Shown here piece after piece: positions 9,857 through 18,990 of a stretch of DNA of 32,000 nucleotides. Below the pieces are notes generated by a model. That model saw nothing but the letters and a program-made list of their open reading frames with translations, searched no databases and had not been told where the DNA came from. Each line of letters starts with the position of its first letter. The stretch's first letter is position 1. Made by a program: the position numbers and the translations under genes. Source of the DNA: Dickeya dadantii NCPPB 898 (GTDB lineage: Bacteria > Pseudomonadota > Gammaproteobacteria > Enterobacterales > Enterobacteriaceae); contig NZ_CM001976.1 in the NCBI RefSeq assembly GCF_000406145.1, positions 927,260 to 959,259 of the forward strand, written 5' to 3'.

Positions 9857-11020
9857 TCATGATGACAGTTGCCGTAACAGCGGAAAGGCGTCTTTCATGC
9901 GATCGCCACCCACGACGAACCCCCGCAGTTGCTCTCCTTCCATCCCTTTTGCCACTATTCCGCCACGATCGGCGATGGTGTGCCAGACCAGCTCCGGGTT
10001 CTGTGTTTCGCCAGCCAGCTGTAATGGAAACAGCGGGGTTTTCACCTTAATCAGCATTGCGGGTAGGGTGAGGGAACCGTTCCCTCCCCGTATCTGGTCA
10101 GCCGTATTACTGGTGCTGGTTATAATGCTGCTGGCAGCAATGTTGGCGGTTAGCTGAATCGGTTGCAAAAAGGGCAGCAGTTTGCCGTTGATTTCGGCGC
10201 AGTCGCCCAGTGCGTAAATATGCGGATCGGAGGTACGCATCTGACTGTCGGTAACGATGCCGCGATTCACCGTCAGACCGGCGGCAGTTGCCAGCGAGGT
10301 ATTGGCGCGCAATCCGATGGCGGAGATCACTTCGTCGACCTCCAGCGTGCGCCCGGACATCAACGTGACTTCCAGGCCGGCGTCGGTTTTCTCCAACCGC
10401 TGAAGTCCGCTATTGAGCATCAGCTCTACGCCTTGTCGCAGCAAGGCGTCTTGCAGCCGGGCGCTGATGTCGACGGGCAGCAGCGCGGAAAGGAGATGCG
10501 ATGCCCGATCCACCAGCGTGACGTGCTTGCTGGCCTGCGCCATATCCATCGCCAGTTCGCTGCCGATCAAACCCGCCCCCAGTATCAGAATGCGAGTCGC
10601 CTGCGTCAGACGTGTTTCCGCCCGGCGATATTCCTGTTGGCTGTTGAGCGTCAGCATCCACTCATGACCGGGAACCGGCGGTATCACGGCGCTGGCGCCC
10701 GTCGCCAGCACCAGTGTGTGATAATCATAGTGCCGGGTATCGCAGATAACCTGCCGTCGCCCGGCATCAATGCCGGTGACGGAGGTGTGCGCCAGCAGCG
10801 TAATCCGCTGTTCTTCGGCAAATTGCGCCGCGCTCATGCGCGTTAGATCGTCGGCGGGGCGATGCTGACTGATCACATGGCTCAGCTCCGGTTTGTTGTA
10901 TTCATCGCCGCTGTCGGCGGTGATCAGGCGAATCGGGCGTTGGGTATCCTGCTTACGCAGGTTTTTAATCAGTTGCCGGGCGGCGAAACCCGCCCCGATA
11001 ACAATGATGTCGTCAGACAT
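9857..11020 (-). CDS. norW: NADH:flavorubredoxin reductase
   Basis: 387 aa. IIVIGAGFAARQLIKNLRKQD...DEYNKPELSHVIS...YALGDCAEINGKLLPFLQPIQL is collinear with E. coli NorW. It lies 9 bp downstream of norV. Confidence 0.93.
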   Translation of the reverse strand: MSDDIIVIGAGFAARQLIKNLRKQDTQRPIRLITADSGDEYNKPELSHVISQHRPADDLTRMSAAQFAEEQRITLLAHTSVTGIDAGRRQVICDTRHYDYHTLVLATGASAVIPPVPGHEWMLTLNSQQEYRRAETRLTQATRILILGAGLIGSELAMDMAQASKHVTLVDRASHLLSALLPVDISARLQDALLRQGVELMLNSGLQRLEKTDAGLEVTLMSGRTLEVDEVISAIGLRANTSLATAAGLTVNRGIVTDSQMRTSDPHIYALGDCAEINGKLLPFLQPIQLTANIAASSIITSTSNTADQIRGGNGSLTLPAMLIKVKTPLFPLQLAGETQNPELVWHTIADRGGIVAKGMEGEQLRGFVVGGDRMKDAFPLLRQLSS

Positions 11021-11029
11021 GACCGCTCC

Positions 11030-12526
11030 TTAGTGGATGGGATTAAACACGTCTTTGCCTAAGCCGCATTCAGGGCACAGGAAACTGTCGGGCACATCAG
11101 ACCAGGGGGTGCCCGGCGTCACGTCCTGCATCGGTTCACCGATGGCGGGATCGTAAATCCACTGGCACACGCTGCACTGCATCCGGTCATTATCTTGCGA
11201 CGTTGACGCGCTGGTACAGGCGCAGGCAGATGGCGCCGCCATGATCGCCGGTGTTTCAGCCGTTTCGGCCGTTTTGGCGGTGTTGATAGCGGCGGCGTCG
11301 ATAGCGGCGGCAGGCGATACGGTTAACGGATGCAACGCCCACTGCCGGGCAATTTCACGGCCGTGTTCCCGGCAGATTGCCAGCGCGGATCCATCCGGAC
11401 GCCACTTGGTTTTCAGCGAAAGCGTGGTTTCAAAGCCGGCATCCATCAGCCGGGTCTGGATACGGTCAACCGCGCCGCCGTTCCAGCCGTAGCTGCCAAA
11501 GGCGGAGGCTTTCTTGTTCTGGAAACGCAGACCGGTGATTTCCTCCAGCATGGCGGCCACTTTCGGCATCATCACGTTATTCATGGTGGAAGAACCGACC
11601 AGTACGCCTTTGGAGCGGAACACCTGCGTCAGAATTTCGTTTTTATCGTGGCGGGCGACATTGTAGATTTTTACGGCGACACCCGGATCGACATCATGGA
11701 TCCCTTGCGCGATGGCGTCAGCCATCATGCGGGTATTGTTGGACATGGTGTCGTAGAACAGCGTGATGCGATCTTCCTGATAGCTGTCGGCCCAGCGCAA
11801 ATAGTGATGAATAATCTGCGCCGGGTCGTCGCGCCACACCACGCCGTGGGAGGTGGCGATCATCGACAGCGGCAGGTTAAACCCCAGCACTTCGTTGATC
11901 TTGGCGGTGACCAGGCGGCTGAACGGCGTCAGGATATTGGCGAAATAGCGCTGGCATTGTTCGAACAGTTCGCCCTGATCGACCTCATCATTGAACAGAT
12001 GCTCATCGCAGTAGTGCTGGCCGAAAGCGTCATTGCTGAACAGGACCGCGTCGCCGCTCATATAGGTCATCATGCTGTCAGGCCAGTGCAGCATCGGGGT
12101 TTCGATGAAGACCAGCTGTTTGCCGTTGCCGATATCCAGCGAATCGCCGGTTTTGACGGTGTGGAAATGCCATTCCGGATGATGGTGATGGCCGGTAATG
12201 GAGTCGATGGCGTTATGGGTGCAGTAGATCGGCGTCTCGGGGATGTGAGCCATCAGTTCGCTCAGCGCCCCGGCGTGGTCTTCTTCGGCATGGTTGATCA
12301 CGATGTAATCGATCTGCGCCAGATCGATCTCCGTCATCAGGTTCTGTACAAAATCACGACTGAACTTGTGGTCAACGGTGTCGATCAGCACCGTTTTTTC
12401 TTCCCGGATCAGGTAGCTATTATAGCTGCTGCCTTTCAGCGTTTTGTATTCGGTTCCGTGGAAATCGCGCACTTCCCAATCCCGCTGCCCGACCCAGTGA
12501 ATATTGTTTTTAACATGAATAGACAT
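11030..12526 (-). CDS. norV: Anaerobic nitric oxide reductase flavorubredoxin
   Basis: 498 aa. [42 protein letters not shown] (metallo-beta-lactamase-like diiron domain), a flavodoxin domain, and a C-terminal rubredoxin ([10 protein letters not shown]...[13 protein letters not shown]). Confidence 0.95.
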   Translation of the reverse strand: MSIHVKNNIHWVGQRDWEVRDFHGTEYKTLKGSSYNSYLIREEKTVLIDTVDHKFSRDFVQNLMTEIDLAQIDYIVINHAEEDHAGALSELMAHIPETPIYCTHNAIDSITGHHHHPEWHFHTVKTGDSLDIGNGKQLVFIETPMLHWPDSMMTYMSGDAVLFSNDAFGQHYCDEHLFNDEVDQGELFEQCQRYFANILTPFSRLVTAKINEVLGFNLPLSMIATSHGVVWRDDPAQIIHHYLRWADSYQEDRITLFYDTMSNNTRMMADAIAQGIHDVDPGVAVKIYNVARHDKNEILTQVFRSKGVLVGSSTMNNVMMPKVAAMLEEITGLRFQNKKASAFGSYGWNGGAVDRIQTRLMDAGFETTLSLKTKWRPDGSALAICREHGREIARQWALHPLTVSPAAAIDAAAINTAKTAETAETPAIMAAPSACACTSASTSQDNDRMQCSVCQWIYDPAIGEPMQDVTPGTPWSDVPDSFLCPECGLGKDVFNPIH

Positions 12527-12569
12527 CGTAATACTCCAGTGAATGTAGTAAAGGTGGATGCGATGTCAT

Positions 12570-12585
12570 TGCATGAGCCGTGCCA
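12570..12585 (-). promoter_or_regulatory. Sigma-54 (-24/-12) promoter of norVW
   Basis: The minus strand reads TGGCACGGCTCATGCA (TGGCAC-N5-xTGCA), about 43 nt upstream of the norV ATG. A sigma-54 promoter is the expected architecture for NorR-dependent norV. Confidence 0.8.
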
Positions 12586-12628
12586 AATTTTATCTGTTTG
12601 ATTATTAAGTACTTTAAAAATACTCTTT

Positions 12629-12639
12629 GTCATTATGAC
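12629..12639. promoter_or_regulatory. NorR binding box (GT-N7-AC)
   Basis: GTCATTATGAC in the norR-norV intergenic region, upstream of the sigma-54 promoter. Confidence 0.6.
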
Positions 12640-12653
12640 AATAACTGAGTAAT

Positions 12654-12664
12654 GTCTTTTTGAC
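12654..12664. promoter_or_regulatory. NorR binding box (GT-N7-AC)
   Basis: GTCTTTTTGAC, 25 bp from the first box. Confidence 0.6.
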
Positions 12665-12688
12665 ACTCCTTTGTGAAAAAGACAGACC

Positions 12689-14215
12689 ATGCCGCTATCG
12701 ATAGATTCCTTTGCGCACATTGCCATTGAACTGCAACAAGGGCTTTCAACCCGGGACCGCTTTCAGCGCCTGCTCAATAGTTTGCGCCAGTTGCTGTGTT
12801 GCGATGCCGCTGCGTTGCTGTGTTATGAAAGCCAACTGCTGCGTCCGCTGGCGACCGATGGACTGGCGCCGGACGTGCTGGGGCGGCGTTTCCGGTTGTC
12901 CGAGCATCCCCGGCTGGAGGCGATAGCCCGGGCGGGCGATGTGGTGCGTTTCCCGGCGGACAGCCAGCTTCCCGATCCTTACGATGGCCTGATTCCCGGT
13001 CAGGAAGCGTTGAAAGTCCACGCCTGCGTCGGCCTGCCACTGTTTGCTCACCATACGCTGATCGGCGCGCTGACCATTGATGGGATGGACCCTCACCAGT
13101 TCGATCATTTCAGCGATGAGGAACTGCGGCTGATTGGCGCGATGGCGTCCGTTGCCTTGAGCAATGCGTTGCTGATGGAGCAACTGGAACGGCAAACGCT
13201 GGCGCCGCTGCCGGATGCCGCTCCGATGGCGGATGCGGAGGCTGACGAGATGGTGGGATTATCTGAGCCTATGCAGCAGCTGAAAAAAGAAGTGGCTATC
13301 GTGGCCGACAGCGATCTTAACGTGCTGATCATGGGGGAAACCGGGGTCGGCAAGGAGCTGGTGGCGCGGGCTATCCATCAGGGATCGCGGCGTGCGGGCC
13401 GCCCGCTGGTGTATCTGAACTGTGCCGCACTGCCGGAGTCGGTGGCGGAAAGCGAGCTGTTTGGTCACGTGAAAGGGGCGTTTACCGGCGCCATTCACCA
13501 CCGTACTGGCAAGTTCGAACTGGCGGACAACGGTACGCTGTTTCTGGATGAAATCGGCGAATTGTCGCTGACGTTACAGGCCAAACTGTTGCGGGTATTG
13601 CAGTACGGCGATTTGCAGCGCGTAGGCGACGACAGTAGCCTGAAAGTGGATGTGCGCGTGCTGGCGGCCACCAACCGGGATTTAAAACAGTCGGTACAGG
13701 AAGGCGCTTTCCGCGCCGACCTGTTCCATCGTCTGAGCGTGTTTCCGCTGTCGGTGCCGCCGCTGCGCGCGCGCGGTCAGGATATTGCCGTGCTGGCCGG
13801 TTTTTTCTGCGAGCGCAGCCGTGCCCGGTTGGGGTTGCAGCGGCTGGCGTTGTCGTCGGAGGCGACGCAGTTGCTGGCGAGCTATCCATGGCCGGGAAAT
13901 GTGCGCGAGCTGGAACATGTGATTTACCGGGCGACCATTGTGGCGCGGGCCGGTGGAACGACCGGCGATCTGACATTACGCCCGGAGCATTTGAATCTGG
14001 ATGGCGTTTTGCCTGACGAGCCTCATTCGGCCGCCGCCGATACCGTACCGCCGTGGCGTGGCGTCAGCCTGCGGGATGCGACGGATCAGTATCAACGGCA
14101 GGTGATTAGCGACACGTTGACGCGACATCAGGGCAACTGGTCATCTTGCGCCCGCGAGCTGGCGGTGGATAGCGGTAATTTGCACCGGATGGCAAAACGG
14201 CTGGGGATAAAATAA
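12689..14215 (+). CDS. norR: Sigma-54-dependent NO-responsive transcriptional activator NorR
   Basis: 508 aa. GAF domain ([32 protein letters not shown]), AAA+ domain ([15 protein letters not shown]...[15 protein letters not shown]) and a C-terminal HTH. Collinear with E. coli NorR. Confidence 0.95.
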   Translation: MPLSIDSFAHIAIELQQGLSTRDRFQRLLNSLRQLLCCDAAALLCYESQLLRPLATDGLAPDVLGRRFRLSEHPRLEAIARAGDVVRFPADSQLPDPYDGLIPGQEALKVHACVGLPLFAHHTLIGALTIDGMDPHQFDHFSDEELRLIGAMASVALSNALLMEQLERQTLAPLPDAAPMADAEADEMVGLSEPMQQLKKEVAIVADSDLNVLIMGETGVGKELVARAIHQGSRRAGRPLVYLNCAALPESVAESELFGHVKGAFTGAIHHRTGKFELADNGTLFLDEIGELSLTLQAKLLRVLQYGDLQRVGDDSSLKVDVRVLAATNRDLKQSVQEGAFRADLFHRLSVFPLSVPPLRARGQDIAVLAGFFCERSRARLGLQRLALSSEATQLLASYPWPGNVRELEHVIYRATIVARAGGTTGDLTLRPEHLNLDGVLPDEPHSAAADTVPPWRGVSLRDATDQYQRQVISDTLTRHQGNWSSCARELAVDSGNLHRMAKRLGIK

Positions 14216-14221
14216 TTTTGT

Positions 14222-14637
14222 GTTGATAAACAGCTTGATTATTTTGTTACTGGAGAATTTATGCCGGAGCGGCGAGATGTTTCGTGCGTGATGACATTGG
14301 CTGTCCCTTTGCAGCAGCATCGCACGCACGACAAGGAGAGGTTCACGCCACCTCTCCTTGACCTCTGGCTGGGGGCTAAACTGTGCCGCTGCGCGGTTCC
14401 CTCGGCGTTCGTCTTCGCTATTCGGGCCGCTCGTGACACGATTACTCGCCCCATCCCTGGGGCTCGCCCTGCGGGCCAGCGTAAACGGTGTTCAAAAACG
14501 CTTCCGGCGTTTTTGTCAGACGCGGCACGAGCTTTCGCCGCGTCCATGCGGCTCACCCGGCGAATTCGCCCACCTCGGCACAGTTTTTAACGCCGGAAAA
14601 ACCGTCACCTTACCTGTAAGGGGCTGTCAGCAATATT
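14222..14637 (+). repeat. Copy A of a ~420-490 bp structured intergenic repeat (unclassified family)
   Basis: Aligns end to end with 18991-19476 in the same orientation. Internal hairpins: caaggagaggt-N7-acctctccttg (14332-14360), gcccca-tccc-tggggc, caaaaacgc-N5-gcgtttttg (14493-14515) and gacgcggc-N10-gccgcgtc (14519-14544). It fills the norR/fumarate hydratase intergenic gap. Confidence 0.8.
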
Positions 14638-14658
14638 GTCCCCTAGCCTGACGAATCA

Positions 14659-16302
14659 TCAACCGCAGCGGGTGCAATTCTGCGACTGGATCACCTGGAA
14701 GAAGTCGTTGCCCTTGTCATCCACCAGGATGAAGGCCGGGAAGTCTTCTACTTCGATTTTCCAGATAGCTTCCATACCCAGCTCCGGGTATTCCACGCAT
14801 TCCAGGCTCTTGATGCTGTTTTGCGCCAGAATCGCCGCCGGGCCGCCGATGCTGCCGAGGTAGAAGCCGCCGTGTTTATGACAGGCGTCGGTCACCTGCT
14901 GGCTACGGTTGCCCTTTGCCAGCATGATCATGCTGCCGCCGTGGGATTGCAGCAGATCAACGTAGGAATCCATACGGCCGGCGGTGGTGGGGCCGAGTGA
15001 ACCGGAGGCGTAACCTTCCGGCGTTTTGGCCGGGCCGGCGTAGTAGATCGGGTGATCTTTCACGTATTGCGGCAGCTCGCCGCCGTTATCCAGCAGCTCT
15101 TTCAGCTTGGCGTGCGCAATGTCGCGCGCCACGATGATGGTGCCGTTGAGCGACAGACGGGTGGAAACCGGGTACTGCGACAGCGTTTTGAGAATATCGG
15201 CCATCGGGCGGTTCAGGTCGATGCGCACCACTTCGCCTTCGCCGGCCTGACGCAGGTGTTCCGGAATGTATTTGCCGGGGTTGGTTTCCAGCTGTTCCAG
15301 CCAGATACCCTGACGGTTAATCTTGGCCTTGATGTTGCGGTCCGCCGAGCAGGACACGCCCATGCCGATCGGGCAGGAAGCGCCGTGACGCGGCAGACGG
15401 ATCACACGTACATCGTGGGCGAAGTATTTGCCGCCGAACTGGGCGCCGAGCCCCAGATTGCGGGCTTCTTCCAGCAATTCCTGTTCCAGCGCCACATCGC
15501 GGAACGCCTGACCGTGCTCGTTGCCTTCGGTCGGCAGCTCGTCATAGTAGCGGGTGGAGGCCAGTTTGACGGTTTTCAGGTTGGTTTCCGCCGAGGTACC
15601 GCCGATGACGAACGCAATGTGGTACGGCGGGCAGGCCGCGGTGCCCAGCGTACGCATTTTTTCCACCAGATAGTTGGTCAGCTTACCCGGCGACAGCAGC
15701 GCTTTGGTTTCCTGATACAGGTAGGTCTTGTTGGCGGAACCGCCGCCTTTGGTGACGAACAGGAATTTGTATTCATCGCCTTCGGTGCTGTAGAGGTCGA
15801 TCTGCGCCGGCAGGTTGGTGCCGGTGTTGACCTCTTTGTACATGTCCAGCGCTGCGTTCTGAGAATAACGCAGGTTGTCTTCGATAAAGGTGTTGTACAC
15901 CCCGCGCGACAGCGCTTCGGCATCGTCGCCACCGGTCCACACGCGTTGGCCTTTTTTGCCGACGATGATGGCGGTGCCGGTGTCCTGACAGGTGGGCAGG
16001 ATGCCTTTGGCGGCGATTTCGGAGTTACGCAGGAACTGCAGCGCGACATAACGGTCGTTTTCGCTGGCTTCCGGGTCGAGCAGGATATCGGCGACCTGTT
16101 GCTGGTGGGAAGGGCGCAGCAGGAAAGAGGCATCGTGGAATGCCTGCTGGGCCAACAGCGTCAGCCCCTGCGGGTCGACTTTAAGAATATCCTGGCCTTC
16201 AAACTGGCTAACGGAAACAAAATCGCTGCTGATTAAACGATATTCGGTTTTATCCTTCGCTAATGGAAACGGATCTTGGTAATAGAACGGTTTATTCGAC
16301 AT
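14659..16302 (-). CDS. fumA: Class I (Fe-S, oxygen-labile) fumarate hydratase, FumA/FumB type
   Basis: 547 aa. [14 protein letters not shown]...[26 protein letters not shown]...[13 protein letters not shown]...[22 protein letters not shown] is collinear with E. coli FumA/FumB. Several positions ([21 protein letters not shown]) look more FumB-like from memory, so the paralog assignment is not secure. Confidence 0.93.
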   Translation of the reverse strand: MSNKPFYYQDPFPLAKDKTEYRLISSDFVSVSQFEGQDILKVDPQGLTLLAQQAFHDASFLLRPSHQQQVADILLDPEASENDRYVALQFLRNSEIAAKGILPTCQDTGTAIIVGKKGQRVWTGGDDAEALSRGVYNTFIEDNLRYSQNAALDMYKEVNTGTNLPAQIDLYSTEGDEYKFLFVTKGGGSANKTYLYQETKALLSPGKLTNYLVEKMRTLGTAACPPYHIAFVIGGTSAETNLKTVKLASTRYYDELPTEGNEHGQAFRDVALEQELLEEARNLGLGAQFGGKYFAHDVRVIRLPRHGASCPIGMGVSCSADRNIKAKINRQGIWLEQLETNPGKYIPEHLRQAGEGEVVRIDLNRPMADILKTLSQYPVSTRLSLNGTIIVARDIAHAKLKELLDNGGELPQYVKDHPIYYAGPAKTPEGYASGSLGPTTAGRMDSYVDLLQSHGGSMIMLAKGNRSQQVTDACHKHGGFYLGSIGGPAAILAQNSIKSLECVEYPELGMEAIWKIEVEDFPAFILVDDKGNDFFQVIQSQNCTRCG

Positions 16303-16751
16303 TTTCTTCTCACTTGCAGCCGCATAATGGAATGATTCATCGGGTCTTATTTTCCGTCTAGGGCTTTTGTGCCGGTCTTATTGTTGTGTCAATCGTTGTG
16401 GTGTCAATCGCCTCGGGCACGACGACAAAAGCAATAAACGTCGGGTGATATTCCTTAACTTGCGCCAGTATCGCGCCCCTTGAGGGATACCGCCTCACAT
16501 ACTATGGCTTTATGACCGGGAGTACCACGCTGACAAGTCACATTATTTTTATCTCCGTCATGTTTTCGTTGAAAATATATCTCAGACAGAAACATAACGC
16601 TGTTACCGGCAAAAATGACCCCTGGGCGCGTCATATTAAGTCATTTATTTAAATTAATTAAGTGTGGCGTGCGACAGCTAAATATCCATTAAATAAATAA
16701 GGTTTATTGATTGCCCAATTAAATTGCGCATTCGGTTTCACAGACGGATGT

Positions 16752-17618
16752 TCATTCGCGCTGTTCCAGCAGGGTATCGATCAACCACAGCCCTGCCGGG
16801 CCGGGAGGGAAAGGGCGCGACCAGGCGATGTCCACCTCAATTTGCCGCGGCCAGCCGGGCAGCGCCAGTTCTACCAGTCGGTTTCGCGCGTATTCGTTCA
16901 CCAGCCAGCGCGGCAGGATGCTCCAGCCAAATCCTTGTTCCGCCATTTCCAGCAGCATCAGGTACGACGGCGTCGACCAGGTGGCGCCTTCGGACTGCGG
17001 CCGTTCCCGCTGGCTATAGGTGTGAAGGCACAGCTGACGCGCCGTGGCGAGCTGTTCCTGGGTCACCGGCGTGTGCTGCGCCAGCGGGTGAGTGCGGGCC
17101 GCGTAGATCGCCATTTCGGTTTTCACCTGCAACCGGGATACCGCGATATCGATAGGATAATGCGCCTGCGACTGCAATACGCCGATATGGGCGCGCTGCG
17201 ATTGCAGCAGGTCCACCACGTCCTCGTCTTCCGCAATCAGACACTCGAACTCCACATCAGGAAAACGCTCGGCGAAGCGCTGCAACACTGGATAGTAGTG
17301 GCGGCATTGCCAGGTGTCCGACAGCACAAAAGTCAGCCGCGGCTCCACCTTATCCGCCAGCCGGATCGCCAGTTCGTCCAGCGCTTCGCTGGCGGACAGA
17401 ATGGCTTTGACGTGGCTGAGCACCTTGCGTCCTTCGTCGGTCAGCGCCGGCTGATGGCCGCGCCTGTCGAACAATGTCAGGCCCAGATCCGCCTCCAGAT
17501 TCGCCACCGCCGTGCTGACGGTGGACTGGCTTTTTTGCAGGTGACGAGCCGCCGCGGAAAAAGAACCGGTATTCACGGTGGCGATGAACGCCAGCAGGGA
17601 TTCAGGAGAATAACGCAT
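16752..17618 (-). CDS. LysR-family transcriptional regulator (AceR-like position, divergent from the PACE transporter)
   Basis: N-terminal wHTH MRYSPESLLAFIATVNTGSFSAAARHLQKSQSTVSTAVANLEADLG followed by an LTTR substrate-binding domain. The track ORF starts at GTG 17660; ATG 17618 gives the usual LTTR N-terminus. Confidence 0.85.
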   Translation of the reverse strand: MRYSPESLLAFIATVNTGSFSAAARHLQKSQSTVSTAVANLEADLGLTLFDRRGHQPALTDEGRKVLSHVKAILSASEALDELAIRLADKVEPRLTFVLSDTWQCRHYYPVLQRFAERFPDVEFECLIAEDEDVVDLLQSQRAHIGVLQSQAHYPIDIAVSRLQVKTEMAIYAARTHPLAQHTPVTQEQLATARQLCLHTYSQRERPQSEGATWSTPSYLMLLEMAEQGFGWSILPRWLVNEYARNRLVELALPGWPRQIEVDIAWSRPFPPGPAGLWLIDTLLEQRE

Positions 17619-17724
17619 CGCTGTCTCTATCGCTTTTTTAGATGGAAACTCATTTAACACTATTGGTTATTTCGATGAGAATGACAACCCGCAATCGCAG
17701 TCATGCAGGCAGAAGGAGGAAAAC

Positions 17725-18189
17725 ATGCAACAGCAAATCCAGCGGAAAGCGCGTCATGAACGAAAAACATTCCGTGAACGGATGGTGCATGCCATCGGTT
17801 TCGAGGTGATGGCGTTGCTGATTTGCGCCCCGATCGGCGCCTGGGTGCTCGGGCGCTCGATCTTGCAGGTCGGCGCGCTGTCGATAATGCTGTCCAGCGT
17901 GGCGATGATCTGGAACGTGGTGTACAACAGCGTGTTTGATCGCCTGTGGCCGGTCAGCCGTGTCAGACGGGGTCTGTGGGTGCGGATGGGGCACGCGCTG
18001 GGCTTCGAGGGCGGCTTTATCCTCATTGGCTTGCCGCTGGCGGCGTGGATGCTGAATATCACCCTGTGGCAGGCGCTGATGGTGGAGATCGGTTTCTTCC
18101 TGTTCTTCCTGCCGTACACCATGGCCTACAACTGGTTGTATGACCTGCTGCGCGAGCGGCTGCTGGCGACCGCGGTACCAGGGCGTTAG
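17725..18189 (+). CDS. PACE-family efflux transporter (AceI-like, two bacterial transmembrane pair domains)
   Basis: 154 aa with four predicted TM helices. Tandem BTP motifs: RERMVHAIGFEVMALLICAPIGAWVL...WNVVYNSVFD and WVRMGHALGFEGGFILIGLPLAAWML...YTMAYNWLYD. Strong RBS GAAGGAGG. Confidence 0.85.
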   Translation: MQQQIQRKARHERKTFRERMVHAIGFEVMALLICAPIGAWVLGRSILQVGALSIMLSSVAMIWNVVYNSVFDRLWPVSRVRRGLWVRMGHALGFEGGFILIGLPLAAWMLNITLWQALMVEIGFFLFFLPYTMAYNWLYDLLRERLLATAVPGR

Positions 18190-18237
18190 ACGTGTGACAC
18201 GGCAAAAACCACACGGTAAAAGCGATACGGCAAAGGA

Positions 18238-18257
18238 GAGAGGCGACGTCGCCTCTC
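18238..18257. terminator. GC-rich palindrome between convergent PACE and alkA-like genes
   Basis: gagaggcgac/gtcgcctctc, a perfect 20-nt palindrome with no clear U tract. It shares the GGAGAGG...CCTCTCC arm sequence with the hairpin inside the two large repeats. Confidence 0.4.
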
Positions 18258-18289
18258 CGGGTTCGGGGCTGTCGGCTTGACCGCTTGCG

Positions 18290-18964
18290 TTACTGACGCA
18301 GCGAGGCGCGGTACTCGGCGTAATCCGGCATATGGGGAATACGCCACAGATACCAGGCGGCCAGCGTGCGGTAAGGGCGGCAGGCTTCGCTCATCTCCAG
18401 CATCGCTTTACGCGTCGGGTCTTGCGGCAGGCGGTACAGGTAACGAAACCCCTGTTTGATGCCGAGATCGTCCACCGGCATGATGTCCATCCGCTCCAGC
18501 GTGGAGATCAGCAGCATTTCCACCGTCCAACGGCCGATGCCTTTCAGCGTGCAAAGTCGTTCGATCAACGTCTCGTCATCCAGATGTTCCGCCTCCGCCC
18601 GGCTTGGCACCAGCCCATTCTGCACACCCTGAGCAATCCCTTTGACCGTGTCGATTTTGCGGGCGGAAAAGCCGCACTGGCGCAAGACTTCCGGTTCGCA
18701 TGTCGCCAACTGATCGGCGGAGGGAAAACCGTTTTCACCCACGGCGAAACGTTGCTGCAGTTTGCCGATGATGGCCGCGGCGGCGCGGTTGCTGAGCTGC
18801 TGGCTGGCGACCGCCCGAATCAACGCGTCGTAAGGTTCCCGCGCCGGGCGGCTTTCAAAACGAATATGGCCGACGCCGTCGATCAACCGCGCCCAGTGCG
18901 CGTCAATGGCGGCCAGATGGGCGAGAGCCTGGGGTTCGTCGAATGGGAGCGGTGATGTGGTCAT
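18290..18964 (-). CDS. DNA-3-methyladenine glycosylase II family protein (short AlkA-like, HhH-GPD domain only)
   Basis: 224 aa. YDALIRAVASQQLSNRAAAAIIGKL, the HhH LCTLKGIGRWTVEMLLI, and a catalytic-Asp context MPVDDLGIKQG. Confidence 0.85.
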   Translation of the reverse strand: MTTSPLPFDEPQALAHLAAIDAHWARLIDGVGHIRFESRPAREPYDALIRAVASQQLSNRAAAAIIGKLQQRFAVGENGFPSADQLATCEPEVLRQCGFSARKIDTVKGIAQGVQNGLVPSRAEAEHLDDETLIERLCTLKGIGRWTVEMLLISTLERMDIMPVDDLGIKQGFRYLYRLPQDPTRKAMLEMSEACRPYRTLAAWYLWRIPHMPDYAEYRASLRQ

Positions 18965-18990
18965 CCTGCGGCATCCTTATTATTGAGGCT

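Noticed and set aside
12591-12622. A third NorR box or an IHF site between the sigma-54 promoter and the two GT-N7-AC boxes (agtactttaaaaatact; aatcaaacagata on the minus strand)
   Set aside because: The first sequence has the wrong spacing for GT-N7-AC. The second matches the IHF consensus WATCAANNNNTTR only partially. It is plausible by analogy with E. coli but the sequence alone does not demonstrate it.
14239-14590. ORFs of 97-109 aa drawn through repeat copy A (both strands), and the matching 82-91 aa ORFs in copy B (19146-19428)
   Set aside because: The reading frames are not conserved between the two copies because indels such as ttcacgcc versus ttcaacgcc shift them. Substitutions show no synonymous bias. 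There are no RBS or hydrophobic toxin-like peptides, and the sequence is dominated by hairpins. I treat the element as non-coding.
14222-14637. MITE interpretation of the repeat (terminal inverted repeats and target-site duplication)
   Set aside because: The ends show only a weak resemblance (TTGNTNAACAGC-like) and I could not find flanking direct duplications. A MITE origin is neither supported nor excluded, so it is reported only as an unclassified repeat.
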